Assembly (NCBI GenBank): GCA_965213685.1
Contig: CBDBZY010000041.1
Span: 448,001-512,000, forward strand
Source: a bacterium
Lineage (GTDB): Bacteria; UBA8248
Direction of reading: 5' to 3'
DNA length: 64,000 nucleotides
The notes below the pieces were generated by a model that saw nothing but the letters and a program-made list of their open reading frames with translations, was not told where the DNA came from and searched no databases. Of this stretch, positions 31,588-44,720 are shown one piece after another. How positions within the stretch are numbered: position 1 is the first letter of the stretch; every line of letters starts with the position of its first letter. The position numbers were made by a program, and so were the translations under genes.

Positions 31588-33426
31588 GCTACTGCAGTAA
31601 TGTTAGCCCTGTACGCATGCGCGCCGAAATTTTCACAGGACAGGCCTTTATATAGGAAGCTAACCCCATTTAAAATAATCGCTGCCAGGTGGGAGTTTCA
31701 GATATTGGAGTCAAATTTGGGATCTATCAGTGGAAGGATGAAAAGTAAAGTGCTGCTGTCTGTCTTGTTTCTGCTGTCTGTGACGACCATCACAACTGCT
31801 CAAGGCAAAGGTACATCATGCAGTATTCGTAAAAGGTAGAGAAGCAATGTTTTTAGTAGTGCCTTTGCAGTACATAACATCTAAAAAGAGACAGTAATCG
31901 TTTTCACGTACTGTGTAGCATACGTAGGTTTCTGTAAGCCTCACGAACGTTATAAATTGTTGTTTGCTTGGAAGCAGTTTGCTAGTTTTGAGATAGTTTG
32001 CTTGTTCTGAGACGGTTTTCTTGGCAGCTTGCATTGGCTGAGATTACAGTGCCTACGTACGTACATATATACGCTCGCACAAAGTAACGACTTCATGTCT
32101 GCTTTGACAATTCGCAGCAACGTTTCGCACACTCATGTAATAGCGCTGTCTCCTAGCTCAGACGCTTTGACAAACCTTCTGCAACACTATATACACATGT
32201 CATGCACGCTTTATGCAACAGCTGCTCCCACAGACAGCAACGTCACCCACGCTTCGCTGATGCCTGCTACTTATACTGCGGATGGCTTGTTGCAAAAAGA
32301 TAGACGACTAGAGAGAGAGACTGTTTAAAATCAGTTTGCAGTCGCTTTTGAAGTGTTCTCAGAGAGTCACTTGCTACCCTTTGTAATGACAGACCTCCAA
32401 GATTCAGCATGGCAGCATATACATTCATGTCTGCTATCACAGCAAAAAGGAAGTTACTACTTCCTAAGGTTATCTCAGTTGCAGCTGAATGCCACCATGT
32501 CACTGCCACATTGCGTTTCTATACCCTTGAGACTAATAGCATGTGTGCAATGTGTAGGGTGTCCCCAGAGTGTAACCAGAGTAATGTTTGCTGTGGTAGG
32601 AACTTGACGTGACCGGTAAGCAGCCCATTGGGACGTCACTGCCATAGTCATGCTCAATGGACCAAATGATTGCAATCTATTCTATCCCTCAGTCCTCCAC
32701 ATTTCTTGATATCCTACGTATTTTGAACACTCTATATATCACTTCAGTACCCGATATTGAGAGAGCAAATGTGCAACTGAGGTAACCATATTAATGGTTA
32801 AAGTAACCATTAAATTTTTGCAGTGATATCACTGCGAGAAAGAGATAACCTCGCTAAGGTTATCTCAGTTGCAGCTGAATGACATCATGTCACCCCCACA
32901 CTGAGTTTCTATTTCTCCTATACTCTTTAGACTGAAGGCATGTGGGCAATGTGTAGGGTGTCTCCAATATAATTATGTAAGTAGTTGAGTGTTGTAAAGT
33001 AATTGTGTGCTATGACAGGAATTAGACAGGGGATGTGTAAACAGCCCATGATGGGTGGTCACTCCTCTGTCATGCTCGGTAGACTAATGGACGGTCATTT
33101 AGTAAATTCTATTGCTCAATCCCCGACGCCCTACACATTGCCCACATACTTTCAGTCTCAAGAGTATATAGGAGAATAAGAACTCAGTGTGGGGGGTGAC
33201 ATGATGTCATTCAGCAACTGAGATAACGTTAGCAAGGTCATAATAGCCATCTCTTTCTATGCAGTGATATTGTATTTAGTTATAATACCCCCTCGAGGGA
33301 TATGGCGCCGAGCCATATCCCTCGAGGGGGGTGTTTATAAGTGATTTATAACCCGGCGACAAGCGGTTCTGGGAGCTACCATGGATTCACAGCCTGCAGC
33401 TGCGTATCTGTGAAAATAGTACAAGC

Positions 33427-33724
33427 TAGTCTCGTGTGACAGACTCTTGAAAAAACAAGGGTCTGGTCAAACTCGCATAGAGGGTTGGTTTGGCTGTCAG
33501 CGGATGAGTGATAATATAAACAGTTGATTAGGTAATGTAAACTGTCCCTTATGAATATGATTAGAACCTCCCCGCGTCACGCGCTTGAGCCCTAAGGACT
33601 GTTTACATTATACCTACTATACGGGTAATTATCGGTCAAAAAAATTCCTGGACATGTAGGAACCAAACCGCTATGCGAGTTTGACCAGACCCTTGTTTTT
33701 CCAAGGGTCTGACGCGCGAGACTA
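33427..33724. mobile_element. AcademH-type MITE
   Basis: TAGTCTCGTGTGACAGAC ... GTCTGACGCGCGAGACTA with a perfect 9-bp TSD AGTACAAGC. Confidence 0.8.
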
Positions 33725-33944
33725 AGTACAAGCGGGATACAGCTAGCACTCCAGTAGTCTGATTCCCAGACCCTTCTACGTAAGCGCATGTGTAAGCGCA
33801 TGCGCGAGCGAGGAAAAGAAGAAATAGTAATTATAGAGGCCGGAATGTGAGAAAAGGTGTGCAAATGCAATCAGTGACCACGATCTGCAATAGTGCGCGT
33901 TAAAAGGGAATTGAGCCCAAGAACCAGGTTTGCACTACGGTCAT

Positions 33945-34165
33945 GGATCCTCCTCTGATTGATTCAGCTAACGAACGGTCAGTGGAAGTGATTGGGACTG
34001 AACTGATTAAAAAGCGGAGGGAAGCGCTACGTACGGTTTGTCGTAGGCAAATGTGTTCGTCCGGACTCTGCCAACCAGTCATTGTACTGCAAGGTGGAGA
34101 AAGTGGTCGACGTTCTACTGTAATTGTTGTGTCTCCACTTACATCCCTGATGATGGAGCAGAGGG
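33945..34165 (+). pseudogene. RecQ-like helicase fragment (probably from an AcademH transposon); second copy at 39300-39560
   Basis: Motif Ia VIVVSPLTSLMMEQ here. The degenerate motif I VFVRTLPTGVGQSLCY is in the 39437-39495 copy. Confidence 0.6.
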
Positions 34166-35239
34166 AGATGGAGCAGAGGGACCAGTTTACAACACATGAG
34201 GTCTGTAGACGAGCTACAACAGGATCTAGATACAATGGAAAACGTCAAGGGCGGAAAATGTGCACTGCCTAGGAGGCGGATCAGTAGCGATCTCCGTTGC
34301 TATCTGGAAGAGAGCACTGTACTGTCCTCCGCGGCTTGCACCCCTTCGTGTTGCCAGCCACGTCCTTTCCACAGCATGACCAACAGCTTTGGTTACTCTT
34401 AATTATTCAGAGACCTGTTGATAATTAACCACAGCCACTTCAGTAAAGTGAGCGCTAAACAATCATCAAAATTCCAGTATCCGCGCGAAGGCATAGTATT
34501 TCCCCAGACCCTTCCTTCCTCCCGCGCGCATGCGCTAAAACGTGGAAGACTCCAGTTGTTCACGGTGGCAAGCGGTTCTGGGAGCTATTATGGATTCGCA
34601 GCATAAGCCTACATGTAGCTGCGCGTCCCCAGAGTAGCAAAGGGCCCGCGGGCTCCGAAATGGAGTACGTAACGTCACAGGATAGAAAGGACTTAATTGG
34701 TGTGGGCGAAACGCGCACGTGTAGTAACGTTCCCTAGGCCCATGCCCAAGCTTGTCAGTGGTTACCCGACGTCGAGTTACAGGTACAATGCATACAAACG
34801 TGCCCTAGCTCTACCTCTCTCTGCGATGGACCCTTTTTTAAGTGCCACACAGTATTCTAGCTCCTCCGATACATCCCAATAGCTCATCTACGAGTCTTTG
34901 TTGTAAAGAACCACATCATTCTGCGTTCGTGTATAGAAAACAAAATCGGCACCTCACGTGAATGTGGTTTTGCCTGCCCACGTTATTTAAACGTCTTGCG
35001 TTTACGCTACTTCGGAGCCCAGGCTTTCCCCCTTCCCAATGTTACGAGTTCAAAGGTCACGCACCAACATCGCGCGCGGGGTAGAGCTAGTTGGGCGTGG
35101 CCCGCCTTCCGCGAGAAACAGGAAGTCGGGTGTCAAGCCTATACCAGGATTTGTTCCACCGCCGGAAAATCGGCGGCTCCAATCAGATTGCAGTATTTGA
35201 AGTAGACCTTCCGCACCTACTTAGCCTGACCACGTGTGA

Positions 35240-36998
35240 AAACATGATCCTTTCACAGAAAGGAACAACACAAGGCGACCCACTAGCAATGGCCATGTAT
35301 GGCCTTGCAACAATTCCTCTTATTTGAAAGTTGGATAGCCCCTGCAAACAGGTTTGGTATGCTGATGACTCAGCAGCCTTCAGCTCCCTCGAACAGCTTT
35401 ACAGCTGGTGGGACAGACTGACCACGGAAGGCCCCCGCTTTGACTATTTTGCCAATCCCTCCAAGACTTGGTTGGTAACCAAAGACCAATTCCTTCACAA
35501 TGCAGCAAACATATTTGCTGGCTCAGGGGTCAACATCACCTCACATGGCAGGCCATATCTAAGAGCACCGCTGGGTTCGCCAGAGTTCATTGAGGAATAT
35601 TTTAGCTCCAAGGTTGGGGAATGGACATCACGTATTGCCATCCTCAGTGAGATTGCAGCATCTCAGTCTCACACTGCCTAATCAGCCCTGACACATGACC
35701 TTTCAAGCACATCGTCCTACCTAAGCAGGGTAACCCCCAATATCAGTCACCTACTGAACCCCCTGGACATTGCTCTGAAAGCAAAGTTGCTGCCTGCTCT
35801 TACAGGCTGACCCACTCCCAACAACCAGGAGTGCGCCCTATTTGCCCTACCAGCGGGGCTTGGTGGTTTGGGCATAAGAATCCCTTCAAAGAATGCAGAG
35901 AGAGAACTACAATCTTCTTTACAAGGTACCTCCTCCCTCGTTGCCAAGATTCTTGAACAAAACCAGCAATATGAGTTTGACATCATTGACCATCGGTTGC
36001 AGAGCAAGGCCTCCATTAGAAGGCGGAATGAAGAAATGAGCTCAAAAGAAGCAAATGTCCTCCATAGGCAGTTGCCACCTTCACTACAGAAAGCAGTTGA
36101 TCTAGCCCAGTAGAAGAGATCATCCATCTGGCTCACAGCTGTTCCCCTCAAGGATCATGGCTTTGCACTGCATAGGGCCGCCTTCCATGATGCCGTGGCC
36201 CTGCAATATGGATAGCCCCCCTCAAACCTCCCATCCAAATGTGGCTGTGGTAACAACAACTCCATAGACCATGCACTCTCATGTGCCAAAGGAGGGTTTC
36301 CCTCCATTAGGCACAAAGAGATTCATGATCTCACTGCCAGTCTTCTTGCAGAAGTATATTGTGAGGTGTGCATCAAACCACACCTGCAGCCAACAACTCC
36401 CGACCAACTCCCTGGAGCTACCGCAACTGTTAGGATGGGGCAAGGCTCAATGTCTCTGCAAACGGAGTGTGAGGTAGGAGATTCCAGAAGACCTACTTCA
36501 ATGTATGGATCTTCAACCCCTATGCCCCCTCCAACAAGAACCAGTCACTTCCTGCCTGCTATAGAAAGCACGAAAGAGAGAAAAAAACGAGCCTATGACC
36601 ACAGAATACATGAAGTAGAGCACTCATCCTTCAGCCCACTTGTTTTCTCAGCCATCGGAGGAATGGGGAGCGAAGCAACTTGCTTCTACAAACGTCTGGC
36701 TTCCATGCTTGGGATCAGCCATACAGCACTACACTCTGGTGGCTAAGATGCCGTCTGAACTTCTCTCTCATTCGCTCAGCCATCCAAGCCCTACATGGAG
36801 CAAGATCGTCACAAGGTCATGCTGTACACTTTCCAGCATCAGTTGATCTTGTCATCACGGAGTCCCACATTGCACCTGACTCATAGTTACTTCATCTACA
36901 TCTCTTTGCTTTTATTTTTGCGTATATGTCATTATCATTTTTCTTTTCATCGGGTGTATATCTTCATTGTATAACTCAAAATAAAGAAAAAAGAAAAC
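35240..36998 (+). mobile_element. 5'-truncated CRE-like (RLE) non-LTR retrotransposon, inactivated
   Basis: GTTQGDPLAMAMY, VWYADD, FANPSKTWLV, LFALPAGLGGLGI, zinc knuckle CGCG..HALSCAKGG, and RLE region EKKRAYDHRIHEVEHSSFSPLVFS. Multiple stops and frameshifts; A-rich tail at 36978-36998. Confidence 0.85.
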
Positions 36999-37766
36999 AT
37001 GATAGTAACTGTAGCCGTAACTAGTCAAGGATAGTGCGGCATGGAGATCAAGGATAGTGCGGATAACACCCACTCAACACTGCAGCCATGCCAACTCTCA
37101 CGCATTGCGCCTGAGACTCACGCATTCGTTGTTGTTCTCACGCTGGCACGCATACGAGCTCAAATCTCAGACATCAACGACGTCGCTTCTGTGTGCAGGC
37201 GTGGCCGGTTCCACCTTCTCGCCGCGCCCCCTAATTATAAACGCCGGCACCAGAAGCCGCCCGCATATTGCAGTTACTGTATGACATGTAGTTTCATGAC
37301 AGTATATGTGTAGTGGTGATCATTGTTTTTCATGTGTTACTTATTGTGTTGTATTTTGTGACTTCAAGTTCTTTACTTTGTTGGAACCGGTAGCATGTCT
37401 CACTCATTCTAGCCCCATTCTCACTCATTTTCCAAGTACATCTCACTCTTTTCCTTTATAAATGGTTGGCATTTCTGCAGCACCCAGCGAATACTGATGA
37501 TATTCATAACTATTGCGCAAAACGCTGGAACAAATCCTGGTACAGGCTTGACATCCGACTTCCCGTTTCTCGCGGAAGGCGGGTCACGCCCAACTAGGGG
37601 AGAGTCTGGGGAAGAGGCTACAAGCGAGATACAGCTAGTACTCACCTTGTTCACCTTTGAACCCAGCGTATTATCTAGATAATGCCCTGCTGGGAGGGCT
37701 TGATTAGCTAAAGCGCGGTTAAAGGGACCACTTGGCGCCCGACTATAAATATATTTGCCACCTTAA

Positions 37767-38938
37767 CACCTTACATCAAAGGCCCGTCAGGGACATTATA
37801 TTGTATAAAGCACAGCTAGCAGAAATTTATCTGAGTGCTAGACCACTAACTTGAGAAAGTTATGATAGGTACACGTTGCTAAGAAAACCCTCACTGTTGC
37901 TGGGAAACGGTGATGCAAAATACATAAATCATGCCCAAATACGGTGCGTATGGGAGATAAAGCACTCGCCCCCGCGCGCTACGCGCCCTCGGCTGTCGCG
38001 CTCTATATCCCATACGTATCTATTGGGCATGATTAATATAATTATGTATTACATACATCATGCCCAATAGGTACGTAGGGGGATAAAGCACGAGACCCGA
38101 GGGTGAGTCCCATGCGTACCGTATTTGGGCATGATTTATGTGATTTGTGTCACCGTTTCTTAGCAACAATGAGTTTTCTTAGTAACGTGTACCTATCATA
38201 ACTTTCCCTGGCGGAATACCGAAGGGGGCGTGTTCAGCCCGTTTAGATTCAACAACCTCCTGTCGCATATAGCGTAGATCACACGTAGAGAGAAAGTCTG
38301 AGAACAACACAGCAAAATATGGAGTGTGTATCTTATACGAGTCCAAGTGCACGTGTGAGTCAAATGTGGCAAACATTTTCATCTAAATATCACCGCCTAG
38401 AAATGCCTTAGCGGAAAGAACTAGAAATCTTCCACTTTTAGCGAGGTCCTTATTTTATAAATAGCCGATCGTTCTCCAAACATTTCGGGAAAAGTACCTT
38501 CGTTTTCAGCCCCATAAAACTTGAACGACAAACGGTATTCTAAAAAGGCAACCGATCGGATCTGCTTTGCTCTTTGTACAACAAAGTGACGGGTCGACCG
38601 GCTGACTGCACACTTGATGAGAAGCGACGGTCCCCAGCACATAGTACAAAAACTATGAATCTCATTAACAAAAAACAGCCGCCTGCAGCTCGTGGCTGTG
38701 CGTACAAGCCAGAAACGACTGATGAGATCTCTAATGTTGTTATTCAGCCACTAAACGTCCTTTCTTGTTGCAGGACTTACTTTGGCAGGCTATCAGCCAA
38801 GAGTAATAAAAGGCGTTAAATTACATATCCAGCGCGTAACGGTAGCCCGCCATCTTAAGTGTCTGGCACTCGGATAAATCCCCGCGTGCAGGTACTTTCT
38901 ACAATATAAAGTCCCTGGCGGGCCTTTGATGTAAGGTG
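37767..38938. mobile_element. TTAA-specific (piggyBac-like) non-autonomous element with a nested long-TIR element at 37856-38205
   Basis: TTAA|CACCTTACATCAAAGGCCCG ... CGGGCCTTTGATGTAAGGTG|TTAA. The inner ~95-bp inverted repeats begin aaagttatgataggtacacg. Confidence 0.75.
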
Positions 38939-39723
38939 TTAAGGTGACACAAGTATATATACACTGTAAATCCAGTATTTCCATATCCATAAAGCACACT
39001 GTACATCAATCTGCCTTTTCTCTTCACACAGATCCTGATATAAAATTTGATGCATCTCTTGGATCCGGTGTACATGGTTTTGTCATCATTGGTGCTGCTG
39101 CCGTTGTAATTGGGTGCACATACAAATGCCTAAAACTTAGTTTTCAGATTGGCAAAGACAAATAGGGGCACACTACATTACCTGCAACTATAGATGACAT
39201 TACCTGCAACTATATATGACTATAGCAATAGCCATGTAGACTATTATTTGTGTAGTACTCTCATGATCTATATGCTGTGTATTGTGGGTTGGTATATTTG
39301 GATCCTCCTCTGATGGATTCAGCTAACGAACGCCGGCCGGTCAGTGAACTGATTAAAAAGCGGAGGGAAGCGCTACATACATCTGTACATTTGTCGTGGG
39401 CAAAGGTTAATCTCTGGCTCGTGAGACTAGGCAAAGGTGTGTTTGTCCGAACTCTGCCAACTGGAGTTGGCCAGTCATTGTGCTATGCCCTTATATAGTT
39501 CAATGGTGCTACAAGGTGGAGAAAGCAATCGACGTTCTATTGTAATTGTTGTGTCCGTCATTAGGAGAGTTCACTGTACTCTCTTTCCACAAATACCGGC
39601 AAAGGAGAGTGTTACAATCATTAGCTAACAATCATACAATGTATACTTGATGTGTACTGTACAACAACAGTTCAGTGAGTGTAGTGTTCAGTGAGTGTAG
39701 CAAGCACTGAGTGAGCTACAGCA

Positions 39724-39887
39724 TCATGCAGGTGACTGGTCTGGAGACTCCTCATACACACTCCTCCTGTACTGCCCTCTGTCTGGTAGTATGTACAGGG
39801 CAAGACTGTCGATGGCTATGGCAGTGAGAGTGAGGAGACCCATCCCAGACACCAGGTGGAGGAGGAGGGTGGGCAGGGAGAACAGGC
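39724..39887 (-). pseudogene. Orphan last exon of a P2X-receptor-like gene (TM2 + C-tail); another copy at 58148-58296, decayed copies at ~21200-21272 and ~26190-26260
   Basis: ccctcag|GLFSLPTLLLHLVSGMGLLTLTAIAIDSLALYILPDRGQYRRSVYEES fits the P2X TM2 pattern G.F...T.....SG..LL..A....D....Y. The upstream ectodomain exons are absent. Confidence 0.6.
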
Positions 39888-40306
39888 CTGAGGGAGGGAG
39901 GGAATGGGAGTGGTAGGTAATACATGTAAGGACAAGGACTGCAAGTGTGGCCATAACAACCTGATAGCACCAGAACAACACATCCAATACAGTGGAACCT
40001 CCCATAACGGACCCTCCCATGAGCGGACAACCTCTCTATAACGGACACTGGCTATGGCACGGATTGAAAATACAATACAACTAGTGTTAAGCCAACCTCC
40101 CATGAGCGGACGCCTCTTGATTCCGAACAGCGGACAAGCCACGTGCTCCCAGCTGATCAACTCTGTACAAAAGTGCCTCTTATAACGGACAAACAGGAAA
40201 CCACACCCATCCTTCATGCGTGAATTTCATGCTAACTACACACAATAAATTTAATAATAATTGTTCTGGATACACTACGATAAATTTACAAACTAAGACC
40301 CTACGT

Positions 40307-40708
40307 CTAGGTCAATCCTTTGGCTTTCAGTGAGGCTACTAGCTCTTTCAACTTTTCTATGTGGGGTTTAGGTCCATGAAGTGTGTAAACGCACGGTATC
40401 TCCAGGCCATATCCAGCTCCTCTATTCACCTTTTCCCCAACAACCTTGGCAAACCCACTGTTTGTGTCCCTTCCTAAAACTGCTGATATTAAAGGGGCTA
40501 GGTTGAAGGGCACATGTCCCACCAGAGCCTCTTCTTTTAGAACGGCAACTGCATTCCTGTCTCTCACTACTAGGCTCTCTCTTCAGAATGAGCTCCTCGT
40601 TCAGCACCGGTGTCAATATGTCCAGGTATGCATGGTATCTCCTGATGTACGAGTCAATTTGCAAGTCCTGTAGAAGTCCGGCGGACGAGGTAAGTCCACC
40701 TGTTGCCA
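40307..40708 (-). pseudogene. HIRAN-like domain ORF (frameshifted) carried by the pogo element
   Basis: IDSYIRRYHAY...NEELILKREPS(fs)..DRNAVAVLKEEALVGHVP...GEKVNRGAGYGLEIPCVY matches the HIRAN pattern L.REP.N..D.NAVAV....VGHVP. Confidence 0.7.
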
Positions 40709-40849
40709 TTTCTACGCGCACGCTAGACCACGAGTGTGACTACATGCAGGTACAGGTACGCGCATGCTCAACGAAAGCCACGTGTGTACCGCTGCAGCCT
40801 GTGACCACATGCAGCACAGCTGATTTTCCCACAATGTGTGCTGCCACGA

Positions 40850-41437
40850 TGTAAGCTGCACTATCGACTATATTTTTTACGTTATGTCATCTCAAAAATA
40901 GATGAATGTGACAAAGCTTCGGATGTAGTCAAGTCTGTGAATCTATTGATTGCCATTCGGTGGGTTGCTTTGGCATGGTCACAAGTTACTGCTGACACTA
41001 TCTCAAAGTGTTTCCTAAAGGCTGGTATTCTTGATGGAGAGCTTGATGTGATTTGTTGTGACACACCTGATGACGAGGCGATCGTGACTGTTCTGTAGAC
41101 GAATTTGTTGGTGGTGATGATGATCTCGCAGTGTGCGTAGAAATGGACAACTGGCAATCTGCATTTCTTGATGAACTCATAAATGATCCAGGGCAAGATG
41201 AAGATGAAGAAGACAGCGATTGTGAAATGGAGGATGATAGTGCTGGCCAGGATGTCATATATACCAAGGATAAAATCATACAAGGAAGCTATTATGGCCC
41301 TTGAAGACGTTGCACAATTTCTACAACATAAAGAAAACACTGAAGAAGCTATGAGCCTTGGCTCAACAATTGATGCTATCTGCACATGTAGAAATGCTTC
41401 AACAGTTCAAACCACACTAGACAGTTTTCTCAGTTGA
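40850..41437 (+). pseudogene. C-terminal relic of a Tigger/DDE_1 transposase
   Basis: KLHYR..FLRYVISKID...VNLLIAIRWVALAWSQVTADTISKCFLKAGI, an acidic tail, and QTTLDSF at the end. Stops and frameshifts present. Confidence 0.75.
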
Positions 41438-42262
41438 CATTGAAATATAATTGTACTCAATTGTAGTCAGACTTTTAACACAGTTGTACTCAGACCTATC
41501 AGTTAATGCTTGTGACATGTGCATGCTTGTGGCTAAAACACAGTGGAAAGTATATTGTCCCATTATACTTTATGACTTACAAAACCTTACTTGTAGAAAG
41601 ATCAACCTGGGGAACTACATGTCGAAAGGCTAGAAATTGTGGGTCCCAAGTTCAAGATAATGATATATTGAGCTTTCATAATGCGGCATGTCAAGAATTG
41701 CTTGTTTCTTTGAACCTTCATACAGTAAACACTACGCTTTTTGAGACCATCAAGGTAATAACACTTGATTTTCCACAGAATGGTTTATATAGGGGAGCAT
41801 ACATCAGTAATTTTTTGCGTGAAAAGAAGCACAACTACATGTGAGAAGTAACTTTGTTGAAGCAAAGCCTCAATGATGAGTGTTGTCAAACGTTAAAAAC
41901 AGTATTGAGGACTCAACTTCCAAACTAGGCCTGTTTGTGTGATGTTACTTAGGCCCACAGTGTGCTAATGTTGTGTTCAGGATTCCATTATGGCTGTATT
42001 TCTGAATACAGAGTTCACAAACAAGCACAGTGTGGTATGGCAGTATCATCAAAAAGAAACAGTGCAATTTTGCCTTCCCAATAATCTTGAAGTTATAATA
42101 CTATAGACTCAAAGTTACAGGAAAGATATACAATTGCACAGTAGCAATAGTGCAGGTGTAACCTTGAATCATGTAGTCTCTCTTGCACTAAGGAGGCAAT
42201 GATGACCATAGCGTGCACATACTAGCTGCAATAGAATGGAACGTTGATGTTATTGTGCACCT

Positions 42263-44720
42263 AATTGAGTCCCAGATTGAAATACCAACCAGAATGTGCA
42301 GTCAACATTGAGTCCCATATCACTTTCACCACAATATTCTCCAAACATTGAGTCTCATACGGCAGTGCCGATGATAACATGTACCCAACATCGAGTCCCC
42401 CATAGCAATACCAGCCATAGCATGGACCCAACAGTGAGTCCCACATGGCAATACCAGCCATAGCATGGACCCAACACTGCGTCCCACATGGCAATACCAG
42501 CCATAGCATGGACCCAACACTGAGTCCCACATGGCAATATCAGCCATAGCATGGACCCAACACCGAGTCCCACATGGCAATACCACCCATAGCATGGACC
42601 CAATACTGAGTCCCCCATGGCAATACCACCCATAGCATGGATCAACACTGAGTCCCACATGGCAATACCAGCCATAGCATGGACCCAACACTGAGTCCTA
42701 CATGGCAATGCCAGCTATACATGCACTCAACATTGAGTCCCATGCGACAAGGCCAACCATAGCATGGACCCAACATTGGGTCCCACATAGCAATACCAGC
42801 CATAGCATGGACCCAACAGTGAGTCCCACATGGCAATACCAGCCATAGCATGGACCCAACACTGCGTCCCACATGGCAATACCAGCCATAGCATGGACCC
42901 AACACTGAGTCCCACATGGCAATATCAGCCGTAGCATGGACCCAACACCGAGTCCCACATGGCAATACCACCCATAGCATGGACCCAATACTGAGTCCCC
43001 CATGGCAATACCACCCATAGCATGGATCAACACTGAGTCCCACATGGCAATACCAGCCATAGCATGGACCCAACACTGAGTCCTACATGGCAATGCCAGC
43101 TATACATGCACTCAACATTGAGTCCCATGCGACAAGGCCAACCATAGCATGGACCCAACATCGAGTCCCCCATAGCAATACCAGCCATAGCATGGACCCA
43201 ACAGTGAGTCCCACATGGCAATACCAGCCATAGCATGGACCCAACACTGCGTCCCACATGGCAATACCAGCCATAGCATGGACCCAACACTGAGTCCCAC
43301 ATGGCAATATCAGCCGTAGCATGGACCCAACACCGAGTCCCACATGGCAATACCACCCATAGCATGGACCCAATACTGAGTCCCCCATGGCAATACCACC
43401 CATAGCATGGATCAACACTGAGTCCCACATGGCAATACCAGCCATAGCATGGACCCAACACTGAGTCCTACATGGCAATGCCAGCTATACATGCACTCAA
43501 CATTGAGTCCCATGCGACAAGGCCAACCATAGCATGGACCCAACATCGAGTCCCCCATAGCAATACCAGCCATAGCATGGACCCAACAGTGAGTCCCACA
43601 TGGCAATACCAGCCATAGCATGGACCCAACACTGCGTCCCACATGGCAATACCCGCCATAGCATGGACCCAACACTGAGTCCCACATGGCAATATCAGCC
43701 GTAGCATGGACCCAACACCGAGTCCCACATGGCAATACCACCCATAGCATGGACCCAATACTGAGTCCCCCATGGCAATACCACCCATAGCATGGATCAA
43801 CACTGAGTCCCACATGGCAATACCAGCCATAGCATGGACCCAACACTGAGTCCTACATGGCAATGCCAGCTATACATGCACTCAACATTGAGTCCCATGC
43901 GACAAGGCCAACCATAGCATGGACCCAACATCGAGTCCCCCATAGCAATACCAGCCATAGCATGGACCCAACAGTGAGTCCCACATGGCAATACCAGCCA
44001 TAGCATGGACCCAACACTGCGTCCCACATGGCAATACCAGCCATAGCATGGACCCAACACTGAGTCCCACATGGCAATATCAGCCATAGCATGGACCCAA
44101 CACCGAGTCCCACATGGCAATACCACCCATAGCATGGACCCAATACTGAGTCCCCCATGGCAATACCACCCATAGCATGGATCAACACTGAGTCCCACAT
44201 GGCAATACCAGCCATAGCATGGACCCAACACTGAGTCCTACATGGCAATGCCAGCTATACATGCACTCAACATTGAGTCCCATGCGACAAGGCCAACCAT
44301 AGCATGGACCCAACATCGAGTCCCCCATAGCAATACCAGCCATAGCATGGACCCAACAGTGAGTCCCACATGGCAATACCAGCCATAGCATGGACCCAAC
44401 ACTGCGTCCCACATGGCAATACCAGCCATAGCATGGACCCAACACTGAGTCCCACATGGCAATATCAGCCATAGCATGGACCCAACACCGAGTCCCACAT
44501 GGCAATACCACCCATAGCATGGACCCAATACTGAGTCCCCCATGGCAATACCACCCATAGCATGGATCAACACTGAGTCCCACATGGCAATACCAGCCAT
44601 AGCATGGACCCAACACTGAGTCCTACATGGCAATGCCAGCTATACATGCACTCAACATTGAGTCCCATGCGACAAGGCCAACCATAGCATGGACCCAACA
44701 TTGGGTCCCACATGGTAATG
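42263..44720. repeat. Left array: 43-bp monomers in a 385-bp (9-mer) higher-order repeat, ~6 copies
   Basis: Monomer catggacccaacactgagtcccacatggcaataccagccatag. The ORF track repeats at 42642/43027/43412/43797/44182/44567 (period 385). Degenerate units continue to ~45210. Confidence 0.97.

Larger units (their letters stand above)
31738..39165 (+). pseudogene. Possible small secreted or single-pass membrane protein gene, degenerate and TE-interrupted
   Basis: Signal-peptide exon MKSKVLLSVLFLLSVTTITTAQGK|gt (31738-31810). Cys-containing degenerate exon ~32390-32781, partly duplicated at 32825-33060. Phase-compatible final exon cacag|ATCCTGAT (39032-39165) with hydrophobic GFVIIGAAAVVIGC then basic residues. 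Confidence 0.4.

Noticed and set aside
41539-41545. CACAGTG (RSS heptamer) in both TIRs, suggesting Transib/ProtoRAG
   Set aside because: The TSD is 4 bp and places the ends 2 nt outside the heptamer, there is no nonamer at 12/23 spacing, and the transposase motifs are not RAG1/Transib-like.
42263-44720. CRISPR-like array
   Set aside because: There are no unique spacers. The whole monomer repeats and forms a 385-bp higher-order unit, there are no cas genes, and the context is eukaryotic.
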